Notes under the pieces: model-generated
What the model was told of the DNA's origin: nothing
Seen by the model: the letters and a program-made list of their open reading frames with translations, nothing else
Database searches by the model: none
Shown: piece by piece, positions 37,601-47,304 of the stretch
Layout of the letters: each line of letters starts with the position of its first letter
How positions within the stretch are numbered: the stretch's first letter is position 1
Made by a program: the position numbers and the translations under genes
Origin: Cyanophora paradoxa CCMP329
Taxonomy: Eukaryota; Plantae; Glaucophyta
NCBI GenBank assembly: GCA_004431415.1
Contig: QPMI01000159.1
Location: forward strand, 84,327-148,326
Reading direction: 5' to 3'
DNA length: 64,000 bases

Positions 37601-40600
37601 TAGAAATGTGGTCATCTTTGGCAACATCAGTATGCATTTTCAACGAGTTATCCTCGGCCATTGCCCGAATTGCTGCTGTGTTAAAACCGTTGTCACCTGA
37701 AAATCCCCATATTCCAGGTAGCTGCTCGATCATTTTTGGAAGCTGCTTAAAAGTCTCGAGCTTACGGACCACAGCAAAGCGGGTTGCAATTTCGACCGCT
37801 GCAAACAGGCGATACCTCCCAATAAACAATACATCAATTTGCCAAGCTCCAGGTGGTGCTGTTATCGTGTACATTCTTCTAATTGTCACACACATAAAAG
37901 TTTTTTGGTGGATATCGCGTGAATATGCCTTAAAAAGATTGTGATTGTGATTAATAATAAAGTGATATTGTAATGGAGATTGAAAACTGTTTGGCGCGCA
38001 AGCGTGGTCGTCCTCCAAAGTCTAAGTCTCCGGAAGTAATAGAAGAGATGAAGAAGAAACGATCAGCAGCGGTAAAAGCTCGTTATCATTCAGATGAGGA
38101 ATTTCGTAAGCGCAAGCTCCAAGCGACGTATGAGTATCAGGAAAGAAATATTGACCGCAAACGGGAGCAGTGCCGTAACTATCGACGTCGGCAAAGACAG
38201 TTGCTTCTAACTTTATTGGAAAAGTTTGGTGCTCAATCGGTTGAGGTAGTTTCAGCAGCCTAATGTTTGGAGGTTCGCTGCAAACTTCTTTTTTCAAATA
38301 CGTGTGCGCCAGTGACCCAGAGCCAAAGTTTCAACGCCATCATCACATAGCCAACGTTTTGTGTCTAGCGGATGAAGTGCCTGTTTTGAAGTTTCTTGCA
38401 CGTAAACCCGATGTTTCTTTGAGCGCATCCCTCGAATTCCATTCACTTCGCATGATAAGTATTTTTTCTGTCCATCTACATCTTTACCAAGTACACAATC
38501 AATATATCTTTCACGTGTAAGCTGGTCGGCAAAACTTTTAGAAATTCCCTTGCAACGTCTTTCTTGCTTACCACTGTCGATCTGATACCAGTAACTCTTT
38601 GGTCGGTTTGCGATGAATTCTACCATTTGCTTGCCATTGCACTCATCTTTGAAATTGCCAAGGGCTGTCGATTTTTTCTTCATGGTAGCGATTTCTTCCT
38701 CCGACATTCCAGCAAAAAACCTGTGTGTATCTGGGTATTTGCTAACGTCTAGAATATGACTTATTTTTTTCAGATCAGCGTACAAATCATCTGTCTCAAT
38801 TCTAAGGATCAGTGAATCCGTATCAGTTGCGAGCAGTTTTACCCGCTGGCCCCAGAGCGGTTTTAATTGCTCGTAGTACATTTTAAACATGTGCAGTTTT
38901 GACATTTCCAAAACGCTGAATCCGCTGTATATCGGTTTGTTTAACTTAACTTGCGATTTACGTTTAGAGATGAATACTAGATCCTCATCATATTTGACAA
39001 TTTGCTTCAACAAATTTGGCTGTGCGGCGATTTTTGACAGACGATCCCCATCAGTCACAAGCTCAGCGTCACAATGCTTTCTAACGTTTTCCATATTTTT
39101 TCCATATAATGCATTAGTCTTCAGCTTGAATAGATCTCGCACATGATCAAACGTTGCAGCTTGACGCATTTCGGCATTTTTTTCCACATACGGTTTCATC
39201 CAAGCACACTGCTTGTACATAATAATCCGATGGATTTTGCTCACGACAAGTCCATGGGCACGGTAAAACTTGAGTAATCTTCCGTCCACAACGTATTTCT
39301 TCAATGGAAGCAGGCATGGAATAAGCTTTCGCGTCTTCATTTGAACACAATCCTTATTAATCATATCCTGTTGTAATGTCGACAACATCAATGGCTCGAC
39401 ACTCATTGCTACTGGGGCGATGGGGTAATCACTAAATTTCTCGTGAAGCTCATCTGGAATGTAAGCATCAATTTCAAGCGTTGCTCCTATATCACCATCA
39501 TAATCGAAACCATCAAGGTCAAAGGTTTCTGGATCAACCCATTTAAAATCTCCAATCGGATGTTTTTCCAACATTGCATATCCATACAGTGAGTTTGCAT
39601 CTATATAGAACAGATATACTGATGGTTTGGATGGATCATAATCAACCATGTCCTTATTGTTCGCTTTTGCATATCGATTTGACACCATTGAAATGCCACC
39701 ACGAATACCAGTCTCGAAGAATCTGAACATATCCTCTTGACCCTCATGCAACAGCTGTAATTGTCCACCTGTATATTTTAGAGCAGCATCCCAACTGAAA
39801 CCTGGCAGACTCATGTAATATGCAGGATCTATGCCATCTGTAGCGCGAGATGTTTCCCGATATGCTTGAAACACGTCTGCTAGTAACGTTATATCCAGCT
39901 TCATATAAGCAATCGTATATTCTAGCAGCGTCTTACATTTTAGTTTTTTCCAAACCTTTTGTGCGTGCTCGTAATCTTCAGGTTTACACTTTTCGTTTTT
40001 CAAGTCATTGTTAAACGACTCTATTGAAGGTAGTTTCCGATCTGCGAGTCGTTTCCACGAATTTACGTAGCTGTACGGATAGATGCCTTTGCGCGTCATC
40101 AGATTAAATGTTTCCAAATCGGGACATAACTCGCGAGTTTGCTTTTTCAGATGATCTGGAAGCGATGCCGCTAGCTTTTCGAGCGTTGCTGATAGATGTT
40201 GCATGCTGTCGCGGAATACGTAAATGCCGTATTCAATTTGACTCATTTTCTCGGAGTTTTGAAACATCACTTCGAAACGATTTGAAAGCGGTGTCTCAGA
40301 TTTCTCGATCTTGATTTTTTCTTTAACAAGCTGGTTCTTGATAAATCCTGGAACTCGCTTCTCATACTCCTCAGCAGTTATGCTCAGTTTGTTCATCGTC
40401 CATTCCCTCACGCTTTGAGTTTGATATGTCTTCTCAAGACGTGCTCGGGTTGCTTCAAGTTTTTCATTCAACTTTTTCTTAAATTCAATATGTGCGGCTT
40501 GTCTTTTTACACTTCCCTTTGCAATTGCGCGGATCAGCAAATGCGAATCGAAACCCCGAGCATTGTGTGCTAGCAAGAAAACGCGTTTTGATTTACATCT

Positions 40601-43600
40601 CCTTCGGTTGCAACCACAGCAAGCAGCACCTTTGAAATCACCATTATCGTGATCGTGGTCCCAGACCTTTTTGATCTTCTCGCTGAATTCAACGTTACAG
40701 ATATAGCAACTAGTAGCTGAATCAAACGTTTGTTTTGCATCATCTGTTTTTATCGCTGGTACCGATGCATTTAGCCCTTTCTTTAAAGTTGGTTCCATTG
40801 AATCTAGCCATTCAATGAACCTCTCCTCGCATCTTCGACCGCTATTTACATGCCAGTATTTTGTATCATCATTGCCTGTGATCAAGCAACCGACGACAGC
40901 AGGTATTTGACACGCAATTTCATCTGTCTTTCCATTTTTCACAGAGTTCGTAGACATTGCAAGTGTTTCAAAATCATAGGCTCCAACATATCGTGCCGTT
41001 ATCGTATTCGCATGGTTCAGGAATTTCAATGTTGAACGGTCGGGTTTTGGAAGCACATCACGGCCATGTTCGTCTCGTTCGAGGCATCTGTCTTCTTCGA
41101 TGTGTTTCTGAAGAGCATCATCACCGCGAAATCCTTTTTGACAAGCGAGACAATAGCTGCGTGCGTTCTTGTCAATTCCAGGACGTGCAAACATTCGGCT
41201 CACGTTCTTGATCCAAACGAAATGGCCATAGCTACCTTCACCAGTCACGTATAGCAGAGGAATAGCTTCGCGGGCCGCTGAGATATAATATGGAGTGATG
41301 TCTTGCTTTTCATTATCAGCCACATACACACATAAATTCAGATTGTTTGCCTCTTCAAACCGACGGAATATCTTTGAATCAAGCGGGACAGGATAACTGA
41401 GCATTGATGTGTCGATCGTACTTAGGTGCTGTCTGTACTTGGCAGCACGTTGAGCATGCCGATCGATTGGGAACTTTGCGGATAAAACTGAATACGTAAA
41501 ACACATATTATCTGGTGCCTCCACGTTTATGACTGCGTTCTTCTTGCTAATCCATGTTGGAAGTTCAAATGATGCTCCACCAACGGCGCGGACATGTTCT
41601 AGACTTTGTATGTAAAAATACGTCCACGTTTCTAATTCCCAGCTGTCATTCTCCTGTTCTGCTCTTCCATCGATCTCAACACATCTGTCACGCAGCTCAA
41701 CTTCAATGTTTGCACCGGGGAGGATACGGTAGAATTGATCTTCACTGATTTCATCTGTTTTGAAGCGGTTAGTAAAACCTTCTGTGCCATTCTGCCTATG
41801 CTTAAAAATTCCTTTTGCATATACCTTGATTGACAGCCCCATTCGAGATTCATTCGCTGAATTCAAACGTTCGGCTATGAATCGCTCGAATTTTGCCTTG
41901 AATTCTGGTGTGTTCGTCAGGTACGACGCGAGCGATGTAACTCGTAGACCGTTCGGCCTGATGATCGCAGCGCTTTCGAGTGCGTATATTCCATCTAGTG
42001 CCGTCTCGCGTGAACCATCTCCAGCAAGTTCCTCATATGGCAGGTCGGGAAGTTCGTTGAAAAGTGTTACCAATTCCGCTTGGTTCTCAGCGATAATTAT
42101 CTGAACTGTTCTTTCTGAAGCACGTCTTGTTTGACCAACAACAGCAGCTAGCAATGAAAGTAAATCAGCAGTTCGTTGCAGTGTCGCAAATCTTGTTCGT
42201 GACCCTGGTGATGAGATTCTAAGTAATTTGTTTCGATATAGTCCATGAATACGTCTACGATCATACAAATTTTGTGCTAGACCTACAATCTGTTGTTTCA
42301 GTAACGATATTTGACGGCGACGATCAATTTGATTCATTGTGAAAGTGTCGCTAGAAATAAATTTCGGTTGATCAACGCGATCTTATATCACTTTATATTG
42401 ATGCTAAAACCTTTAAGACACAGATATAACCTGAACCTAAACTTGGACTACGTCATCGGTGGGAATAATTACGTGTAGCATAACCCTTGAAACCTCTTTG
42501 TTTTTTAGATTCGAAATACACACAATTAACGTCTAGATGATGTTGAAGATGATTCTGAGACCGGCGCTTGGGGGGCTCGAAGAGCAGGAAGCCTTCTGGC
42601 TGACGCTCCCGCCTCAAATCATTGCTATATCTTTTGCAAGATCGATCGGACTAGACGTTAGATACTACCTAGCGGTTGCTGTTTGGTTGGTTTGGATAGG
42701 TTGTGGGGTAGACGTAACGAAGGATTGGAAGAGAATGAGTGATGGAAGGCGTTGGAGTGGGTGGTTTTGGTGGGATTGGATGGGTGGGGGTGGTGAAGAG
42801 GGGGGTGGGCTGGAACCCCCACTATCTCCTTTTTTTCAGGTACACTGACCCGTACAAGCAGACAAAGACTTTCGATGCTACGGACAGCTACACCGAAACT
42901 GGTTCGAGCGTTTCATAATTGCATCGAATAGCAAACCGGTTGCAGCGGCCGCGCCCGTGGCCAGCTGCGGCGCGCTGTTGGAACCCGAATTTGCAGCTCA
43001 CTCTTTTTCTCAGGCAAATACGTGATTCGCCAGCACGTTACGCCCACTGACACCTTCTATGGCAAGGAGGTCCCAATCAGGTGCGCTTCGTAAGGCTGCA
43101 GCTGCTCGCCGCGAGCTCGAGCATCCTGATCGGAGCCTTGAATTTAATTCGGATGTGTGCAGCGCCAGCACGCACACGCCCACCCCGGCGGAGGACAAGA
43201 TCACGTGGACCCGCGACGAGAAGACAGAGTCTTTCAACGGCACCTCCTCGAGCCAGACCTCGAAAATCCCTTCGGCCCCGGAGCGCCTCCCCGCCCCGGG
43301 CGCCCCCGGCGAGTGGACCCAGGAGGGTCTGACGATCACGAGCACGAAGAACGAGGTCATCACGTACGCGGCTGCGCAGCAGGCCTGCTCCGGCACCGGC
43401 CCCTGGTGCGCATGTGCCTTAAGGTTTCGCTGATGATCACGACGCATATGAGAACTCGGAAATAATTAATTACTATATGAACACGTAGCCTGTTCTAGCT
43501 CTAGATCTCCCCCGCGCTGTCGGCCGCAAGCCGCTGAGTCTACGTATTTTTGCAGCTTCCAGGCGAATCTGTACTCGCTCTCGGTTGAGCAGGCGAAGCC

Positions 43601-46345
43601 GCTGACCGACCTCTCGACCTTCACCGACGAAACGGTCAAAGCCACATTGGAGTCGATGCTTCTCAGCGCCCGCGGCCTCAACGAGGTGCGTGACGTGGAG
43701 CAACGTTTAGAACAATTATATAATTAAGAACTGATGGCGATGTCGACGTCCTTGCGTGCAGATTTCCGATCCCGAGGCATTCACGAAAGTTGTACTGCCC
43801 GGCGTGCCGCTTACGAAGGTGCGCTACAATTTGCAACCTCAAAGCTGAAGCTTAAGATGGGTCGAGCGCGCTCACACTGCGTCGCCGTCGCTTGCGATGG
43901 CACAGGACGTGCAAACGATTCCCTACACGCTCACCTACGACGTGAACACGCACAAGGACTTCCAGCGCACGGTCGAGGAGAAGGGCACTTTCTCCAAGAC
44001 AGAGGTGCGGCAATATTATATGCATAGCGAACGCTGGACGCGCGTTCGCTGCCGCCGTTGCACGTGTGTCGAATTCACCCTGTGCGGGGGCAGACGGGCA
44101 CAATCAGCGGCGTCGGTCCCTACACGTTCCTCGACGGCGGCTTTGACATCGGCGATTACGCCAAACCCGGTGCGTACCCTGAAGCGAATTGCATTTATAG
44201 TTTTATATATGCATCCTTATCTTATTTCCAACGTCGGATAATGTCGATTGACCTTTCCTCGCGCAGGGCTCGAGGTGAATCTGGCGCCGGCTCTGACGCT
44301 CTCATAAATACTTGTACCAGTTACTCGAGAAACCTGTAATGAGCTTACGGCTGCCAATTTGCGCAGGTCGGGCGGTACGAGGTGCACGCACGCGAGGACC
44401 GCGAGAGCACCACCAAGACCGCGCACACCGAGGTGGAGAACATCAATCCCAACCAGGTAAGCTAGCGCGTGATTTCATACCCGGTCCGGGCTCTTCTTTC
44501 GACCTGATGCTATTTCGAATTCGCGCGCCGCGTGCAGACGCTTCTGCCTGGCGGGACCGAGCTTCCTAGCGGCTCCGCCAGCCTGACGCCCACTTCCAAA
44601 ATCAGCGGCACGCGGGTGCGCCCGGCCGCGGCCCCGACCCGGCCCTTGCGCATCTTTAGACTCGTGACTACTTTCGCTCGCATCTTCTGAACGCTCCCTT
44701 TCAACCGCAGGATCCGGTTTCGGAGACGCGGACCGACAAGGCCCAAATCTTTGTGCCCGAGAAGTTTATTCCGGGGTTCGTGCTTGCGTGTGCTCGCGTC
44801 CTGTCCATCCTATTTCTAATTATGCGTCCACATTCATCCCAGGGCAATCAACACGACCCCCGACTTTACGGCCTCGGCTCCCGGCCCCAAGTCCTGCATC
44901 ACGGTGCGTGCTGCAAGATCAGCCGCGATCGATCCCAACAAATCAGATCATCGGATTGAAGCTCCGCGCCGCCTCTACTCACGCTTGCTCATTGTTTGCA
45001 GGGCGATTGCTTGGCGCTGAAGGGTCCCAGCGTCAACTACTCCGCGCAGATATCAAGCATGTGCCGGTGCGTGTTAGCTGTTCTCTCTCATACAGCGTCC
45101 AGATCGCTGATCACGATGATCTGATGTCGCTACGTATATACGAATATGCGTAGCGACGATGGGAAGTGCGAGGTCCCGACGGACATGAAGTGCCCCCTTC
45201 CGCTGGACACGTCATCGGCCACTTCCAACACCAGCACCACCGCCACCGACACCAGCGGCACCACCAGCACCACCACCGACACCAGCGGCACCACCACCAC
45301 CACCGACACCAGCTCCACCACCACCGACAACAGCGGCACCACCAGTACCACCACCGACACCAGCGGCACCACCACCACCACCGACACCAGCACCACCACC
45401 ACCGACACCAGCGGCACCACCACCACCACCGACACCAGCACCACTACCACCGACACCAGCGGCACCACCGATACCACCAGCGGAGGAACGACATTGTATT
45501 ACGGAGGCTTCCCCTTGGTGTCATCCGAGAACGACTCCCGCTGCCTCACGCACGACGTTGAAAAGGGTATTCTTTCTTTCGACGAATGTGGCTACAAACA
45601 GTTTTATGACAATGTCAACGACAATGACCACATGGGTGCGCGCGCGTACAATCCATATATATTATATATGCATGGCACTATACCTCTGTTCTCTCCGTGC
45701 ATATATGGCTAGCTATATACGACTAAGCGCATGCATATGCGCATGCGCAGCTCTGGATCCTTATCAGCTCTGGGTGCAAGTACCAAACGTGAACACGGGG
45801 AAAACGGTCATGATGAACTGGGGCAGCGGAGCTGTCCTTCAAACGACAGGAGGTCCGTGAAAGTCCGACATGCTAGAGCTCGCTGCGCGTACACCTGGCT
45901 TCAGCATGCGCAGTAATAGTGTAAAACTGATTACTACACATCATCCCCTGCACTTGATAACGTGTAACCCAACGTTAACGAAATAATGCAGGGATCTCCG
46001 AGACGCACGAGGCGGGTGATCAGGTGGTGGCTTCGGCCAACATCGGGTGGGAGGGCGTGGCAGGGGTCGAAGGGACATCCTTCCACGACGCGGGCACTGC
46101 GGCCGCCCTTCTAAAGATCACCCCGCCCGGCATGACACTGCGTTTCGGAGATGCGGACTCGCTCTGCGTCAAAGATGGAGGAGTCAACACCCTTCCCACG
46201 CTGTGCGTCGCATTTTCATTCGCGCTTTGAAATCGATAATGCATGTACTACGGTAGCATGCGTATGCACCTTCGGCTCTGATAATGAGCTTTTCGGATCG
46301 ACTCGGCAGGGCCGCTTGCACGGCCGATGCGTCGGTACGTCGTGA
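31646..46345 (+). CDS. Paralog copy B of the ricin-B-like repeat gene; split by element 1 and cut off or interrupted by element 2
   Basis: Same MATTIYSPSGFHRWNTSL start; exon ending TKTQQY at 32421 resumes with YTDPYKQTKTFD from 42840. Confidence 0.65.
32500..32958 (+). repeat. Left terminal inverted repeat of element 1
   Basis: Starts AAAAAAAGGAGATAGTG; reverse complement of 42439-42836 with substitutions and a ~55-bp extra segment at ~32872-32925. Confidence 0.9.
32927..33559 (-). CDS. Element 1 hypothetical basic protein (210 aa)
   Basis: ATG-initiated intronless ORF, Lys-rich; no family recognised. Confidence 0.6.
   Translation of the reverse strand: MVRSTSGFLGAASRKLTNSPNKKNNIEFLSGDTESYPLVRRTAGGEGASIDFALTADENAILDKIPNSRTKKSKTSKLKDTDDGPLYVSETGNRSRYFIKTVTGLKTISKKRAGDLIAGIAVETKMENKILNEPIVKTKIEKKLSPPSSAVPAKTIVAIPEVDENASELPVANTSILRIASSSADPVGPSIEYKPLLSGFTKLGLRHRWE
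33622..34497 (-). CDS. Minor capsid (penton) protein
   Basis: N-terminal VDSRDR..SSNFKINLP..NVKSARIESLEL..YNL; LLGF; YLFLHIDQI; C-terminal LDVSIRYFNG..EFSFVIEF typical of PLV/Polinton single-jelly-roll pentons. Confidence 0.8.
   Translation of the reverse strand: MKLRVNVDSRDRFEGMSSNFKINLPRALANVKSARIESLELFHNMYNLAADASITTITLDPSNVIKTRSNLFRAGSYTPTSLTNYMNVLLKTQQYSYLGSTYQRKFLTVFDDVSMKITILCESEFTLTFSTLELANLLGFTKAVTDSAEQLDTPITVDAVDYAFAIVGDIPVDLLYHTYLFLHIDQIRGSIHTINNWSNTSLAKIHIDAKFGELIKYTSDERVPVSVDHNSELEQLDVSIRYFNGFTAAINTEFSFVIEFEIEDSSYTKASLRSSIRNTDSEFHPFDRSFA
34539..35768 (+). CDS. Major capsid protein (double jelly-roll, inferred)
   Basis: 409 aa beta-rich; FDLP, FPLLAL..VEIDF, terminal HNVLVI; lies between penton and packaging ATPase. 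Confidence 0.8.
   Translation: MAQAGTTLKELLTTKGSNELYLSPGLTVGVSPKFKPFLETIRPRGNSYGFAQTAAFDLPRKQLLNGVSLYFKVTVAGGAAASVLPNGAGAFIENVRFVHGSFKMVIPGDWLTVNALIDNSVASAQAFASSYGFGKDAALEILDASREYVLKIPSQLWDNSYFPLLALADMPTVEIDFRSAGVIGTVADAIATLTDCALVCQFVNIPSEEAESMLKSANESGGIRIPFTEIISKRSRQLKTDDAGNAVEISLANVSGLVHAILMTVRNANHLGTRNHNSFAGNGNALKIDSFEIMHNNRTLDISNKPISGFVSSCYHIPTQYRGATTGNSALGFEDGNVYGIVLSKSGKDSLHNAVLGYTDFFNSSSSYCSLTVTGCTNAAPAVVDFHVLRHNVLVINSYQMSTLKVSNF
35769..36473 (+). CDS. A32/FtsK-like genome packaging ATPase
   Basis: Walker A GPTNSGKS, Walker B IVLDD, GRHYN..ISTQ, IRRNC. Confidence 0.92.
   Translation: MDIKLFDPTEIKLPKRFLFVGPTNSGKSTYVKHVLNAVSNQLDDIYVFSTTAFTGQWDDTTRKSNIYEEWDPVSVESLLERQKERRRKKDDRKIAIVLDDLLDNDLVNVHSDRLMQKLFTSGRHYNTTLFISTQRLCGISPTIRRNCEYVCFSSILSNIKEFDCVFAEYNAGASRAVLMRLFLEWGHSYQVLIFEAATVDRVYSVDKSSGDFSALLRFVHARKRPGQKPVTNPV
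36641..36889 (-). CDS. Small AP2-like DNA-binding domain protein (possibly frameshifted, continuing to ~36.45 kb)
   Basis: YVRVSLDKRTDKWKAETKINGCRKIIGYYDSFEDA matches the AP2 pattern V....KW.A.I...G....G.F...E.A. Confidence 0.55.
   Translation of the reverse strand: MTDINLPIYVAFAIQQHIEYLLLKHCRRRIHRPTNHYVRVSLDKRTDKWKAETKINGCRKIIGYYDSFEDAYKDQTSKSRFN
36939..37871 (-). CDS. Retroviral-like (rve) integrase; start approximate
   Basis: WQIDVLF, VEIATRFA, SGDNGF, LGIIDRFARTLR, YNETAHS..SP. Confidence 0.85.
   Translation of the reverse strand, partial: YTITAPPGAWQIDVLFIGRYRLFAAVEIATRFAVVRKLETFKQLPKMIEQLPGIWGFSGDNGFNTAAIRAMAEDNSLKMHTDVAKDDHISKGNKLGIIDRFARTLRALIQADTEARGSPHFLSRLPAILKAYNETAHSAFGEERSPTWMRENTQVAEQLHQVRQRQNDIERENTNMPKPGTEVQILEPKPSVFAKGLAKPSKETYVVAGVDKNRVRLITKQGVEISRRVKPSEIRAPQELPDQSKIERATARSKQDRQLRREGLVETKTYAGQNLKDRELKKLEIAAEPLLRAGAKPAGYYAKRIQGRSA
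37973..38263 (+). CDS. Small basic protein with AT-hook-like motif and coiled coil
   Basis: RKRGRPPK; ARYHSDEEFRKRK. Confidence 0.6.
   Translation: MEIENCLARKRGRPPKSKSPEVIEEMKKKRSAAVKARYHSDEEFRKRKLQATYEYQERNIDRKREQCRNYRRRQRQLLLTLLEKFGAQSVEVVSAA
38294..42337 (-). CDS. Protein-primed family B DNA polymerase (Polinton type, with EndoVII-like Zn insert)
   Basis: Exo YDFET, HNARGFDSH, FRDS; KGIYPY; polymerase YIDANSLYG, KLKTNALYGK, TDTDS; CYIC..DHDH..G..CCGCN insert; intact 1347 aa. Confidence 0.96.
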   Translation of the reverse strand: MNQIDRRRQISLLKQQIVGLAQNLYDRRRIHGLYRNKLLRISSPGSRTRFATLQRTADLLSLLAAVVGQTRRASERTVQIIIAENQAELVTLFNELPDLPYEELAGDGSRETALDGIYALESAAIIRPNGLRVTSLASYLTNTPEFKAKFERFIAERLNSANESRMGLSIKVYAKGIFKHRQNGTEGFTNRFKTDEISEDQFYRILPGANIEVELRDRCVEIDGRAEQENDSWELETWTYFYIQSLEHVRAVGGASFELPTWISKKNAVINVEAPDNMCFTYSVLSAKFPIDRHAQRAAKYRQHLSTIDTSMLSYPVPLDSKIFRRFEEANNLNLCVYVADNEKQDITPYYISAAREAIPLLYVTGEGSYGHFVWIKNVSRMFARPGIDKNARSYCLACQKGFRGDDALQKHIEEDRCLERDEHGRDVLPKPDRSTLKFLNHANTITARYVGAYDFETLAMSTNSVKNGKTDEIACQIPAVVGCLITGNDDTKYWHVNSGRRCEERFIEWLDSMEPTLKKGLNASVPAIKTDDAKQTFDSATSCYICNVEFSEKIKKVWDHDHDNGDFKGAACCGCNRRRCKSKRVFLLAHNARGFDSHLLIRAIAKGSVKRQAAHIEFKKKLNEKLEATRARLEKTYQTQSVREWTMNKLSITAEEYEKRVPGFIKNQLVKEKIKIEKSETPLSNRFEVMFQNSEKMSQIEYGIYVFRDSMQHLSATLEKLAASLPDHLKKQTRELCPDLETFNLMTRKGIYPYSYVNSWKRLADRKLPSIESFNNDLKNEKCKPEDYEHAQKVWKKLKCKTLLEYTIAYMKLDITLLADVFQAYRETSRATDGIDPAYYMSLPGFSWDAALKYTGGQLQLLHEGQEDMFRFFETGIRGGISMVSNRYAKANNKDMVDYDPSKPSVYLFYIDANSLYGYAMLEKHPIGDFKWVDPETFDLDGFDYDGDIGATLEIDAYIPDELHEKFSDYPIAPVAMSVEPLMLSTLQQDMINKDCVQMKTRKLIPCLLPLKKYVVDGRLLKFYRAHGLVVSKIHRIIMYKQCAWMKPYVEKNAEMRQAATFDHVRDLFKLKTNALYGKNMENVRKHCDAELVTDGDRLSKIAAQPNLLKQIVKYDEDLVFISKRKSQVKLNKPIYSGFSVLEMSKLHMFKMYYEQLKPLWGQRVKLLATDTDSLILRIETDDLYADLKKISHILDVSKYPDTHRFFAGMSEEEIATMKKKSTALGNFKDECNGKQMVEFIANRPKSYWYQIDSGKQERRCKGISKSFADQLTRERYIDCVLGKDVDGQKKYLSCEVNGIRGMRSKKHRVYVQETSKQALHPLDTKRWLCDDGVETLALGHWRTRI
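42439..42836 (-). repeat. Right terminal inverted repeat of element 1
   Basis: Ends CACTATCTCCTTTTTTT, followed by CAGGTA. Confidence 0.9.
45228..45483 (+). repeat. Coding minisatellite (ACC-rich; TTTDTSG repeats) specific to copy B
   Basis: About ten imperfect ACCACCACCGACACCAGC(GGC) units; copy A has one unit at ~24430. Confidence 0.9.
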
Positions 46346-46892
46346 TCACAGTCTAGATCTAGATCAACGCGAGCTTTATTTGAGAATATTAATATGTGTG
46401 TCTCGTTAATCTTATCTTGCATACGTGTCGACGTCGCAGGGAATCCATTTCGCCGATTTTAATGCTTACCCGCTTCCGCCGAAATTCTACTGCTCGCTGG
46501 GTGGTCACCCCCACCAATTGCGCGACCTTCCCGCGACCATTTTCAATAAGCACATTTTCAGCATCACGAATCTCAGTCACAAAATCACAAATTCGCACTG
46601 AGCCACATTGTATTTTTCAAACATCTAACTCCTCCTTACTGAAACCAATCACAAAAACCTACATATAATCTTCTCTCTAATCCCTTACCATTTTCAGTAA
46701 GCCTTTATTCCGCCTTCCGATCTCTCAGTAAGGACAGTAAGACCCTATTTTTTGCGTAATGTTCCTGATCCTTGTCGAACTGTTTTCAGTAGTCCAATTT
46801 GAAAAATCAAGGTGAGCCCCACCGATAGGTTAAATTAACTTATATAGTGCGTATATCCCCACTTAAAGATTTCCCACTATACAAGTATAAAG

Positions 46893-47216
46893 ATGCCGGG
46901 TAATCAGCTCCCCTTACCTAAAAGTAAACTGTGCAATGTGTGCAAAGAGGTCAAGCCTGCATCGTGGTTCCCTTTGCGCAAGTGCAAGTCGGGAAATATA
47001 ACATTATATTGGAGATGCATAGAGTGCCACCGTGACTATCAAAATGATCACTATCACAATGTCTTAAAAACGCGTCCGAAAATCGAAGTACAATCGAAGA
47101 TATGCCCGGATTGCAAGATTGAGAAGCCTGCAAGCGAGTATAATAAAAAGCAAAGTACGAAGGATGGTCTCTACTATAAATGCCGACAGTGTTATAGTGA
47201 GACTCGGACGAGCTAA
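46893..47216 (+). CDS. Tandem C4 zinc-ribbon protein
   Basis: CNVCKEVKP..F..CIEC and CPDCKIEKP..Y..KDGL..CRQC. Confidence 0.75.
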   Translation: MPGNQLPLPKSKLCNVCKEVKPASWFPLRKCKSGNITLYWRCIECHRDYQNDHYHNVLKTRPKIEVQSKICPDCKIEKPASEYNKKQSTKDGLYYKCRQCYSETRTS

Positions 47217-47251
47217 TTTATGATTTTAAAATGAGATTTATATTTTTTAAA

Positions 47252-47304
47252 GCAAGTTTGTGCATGAGCAAGCATGCCGAAAATGCCCACCTGCACAAAC
47301 TTGC
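47252..47304 (+). terminator. Hairpin 3' of the zinc-ribbon ORF (possible 3'-end signal)
   Basis: Perfect 13-bp stem GCAAGTTTGTGCA/TGCACAAACTTGC; function inferred. Confidence 0.35.

Larger units (their letters stand above)
32500..42836. mobile_element. Element 1: complete 10.3-kb endogenous Polinton/Maverick-like virus
   Basis: TIRs, TSD TAGGTA/CAGGTA, sharp GC drop, intronless ORFs for pPolB, rve integrase, ATPase, MCP and penton. Confidence 0.95.
30700..46345 (+). repeat. Second copy of tandem segmental duplication (first copy ~19690-28600), interrupted by viral elements
   Basis: CCTATCAAGCTCGAAAGTCCG at 19688 and 30702; upstream region, exons and introns alignable through 24460/45258. 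Confidence 0.85.

Noticed and set aside
45228-45483. CRISPR-like array
   Set aside because: No unique spacers or cas genes; it is a coding tandem repeat in a eukaryotic exon
45166-45561. His-rich ORF and antisense Val-rich ORF
   Set aside because: Alternative frames of the ACC minisatellite; the Thr frame matches paralog A
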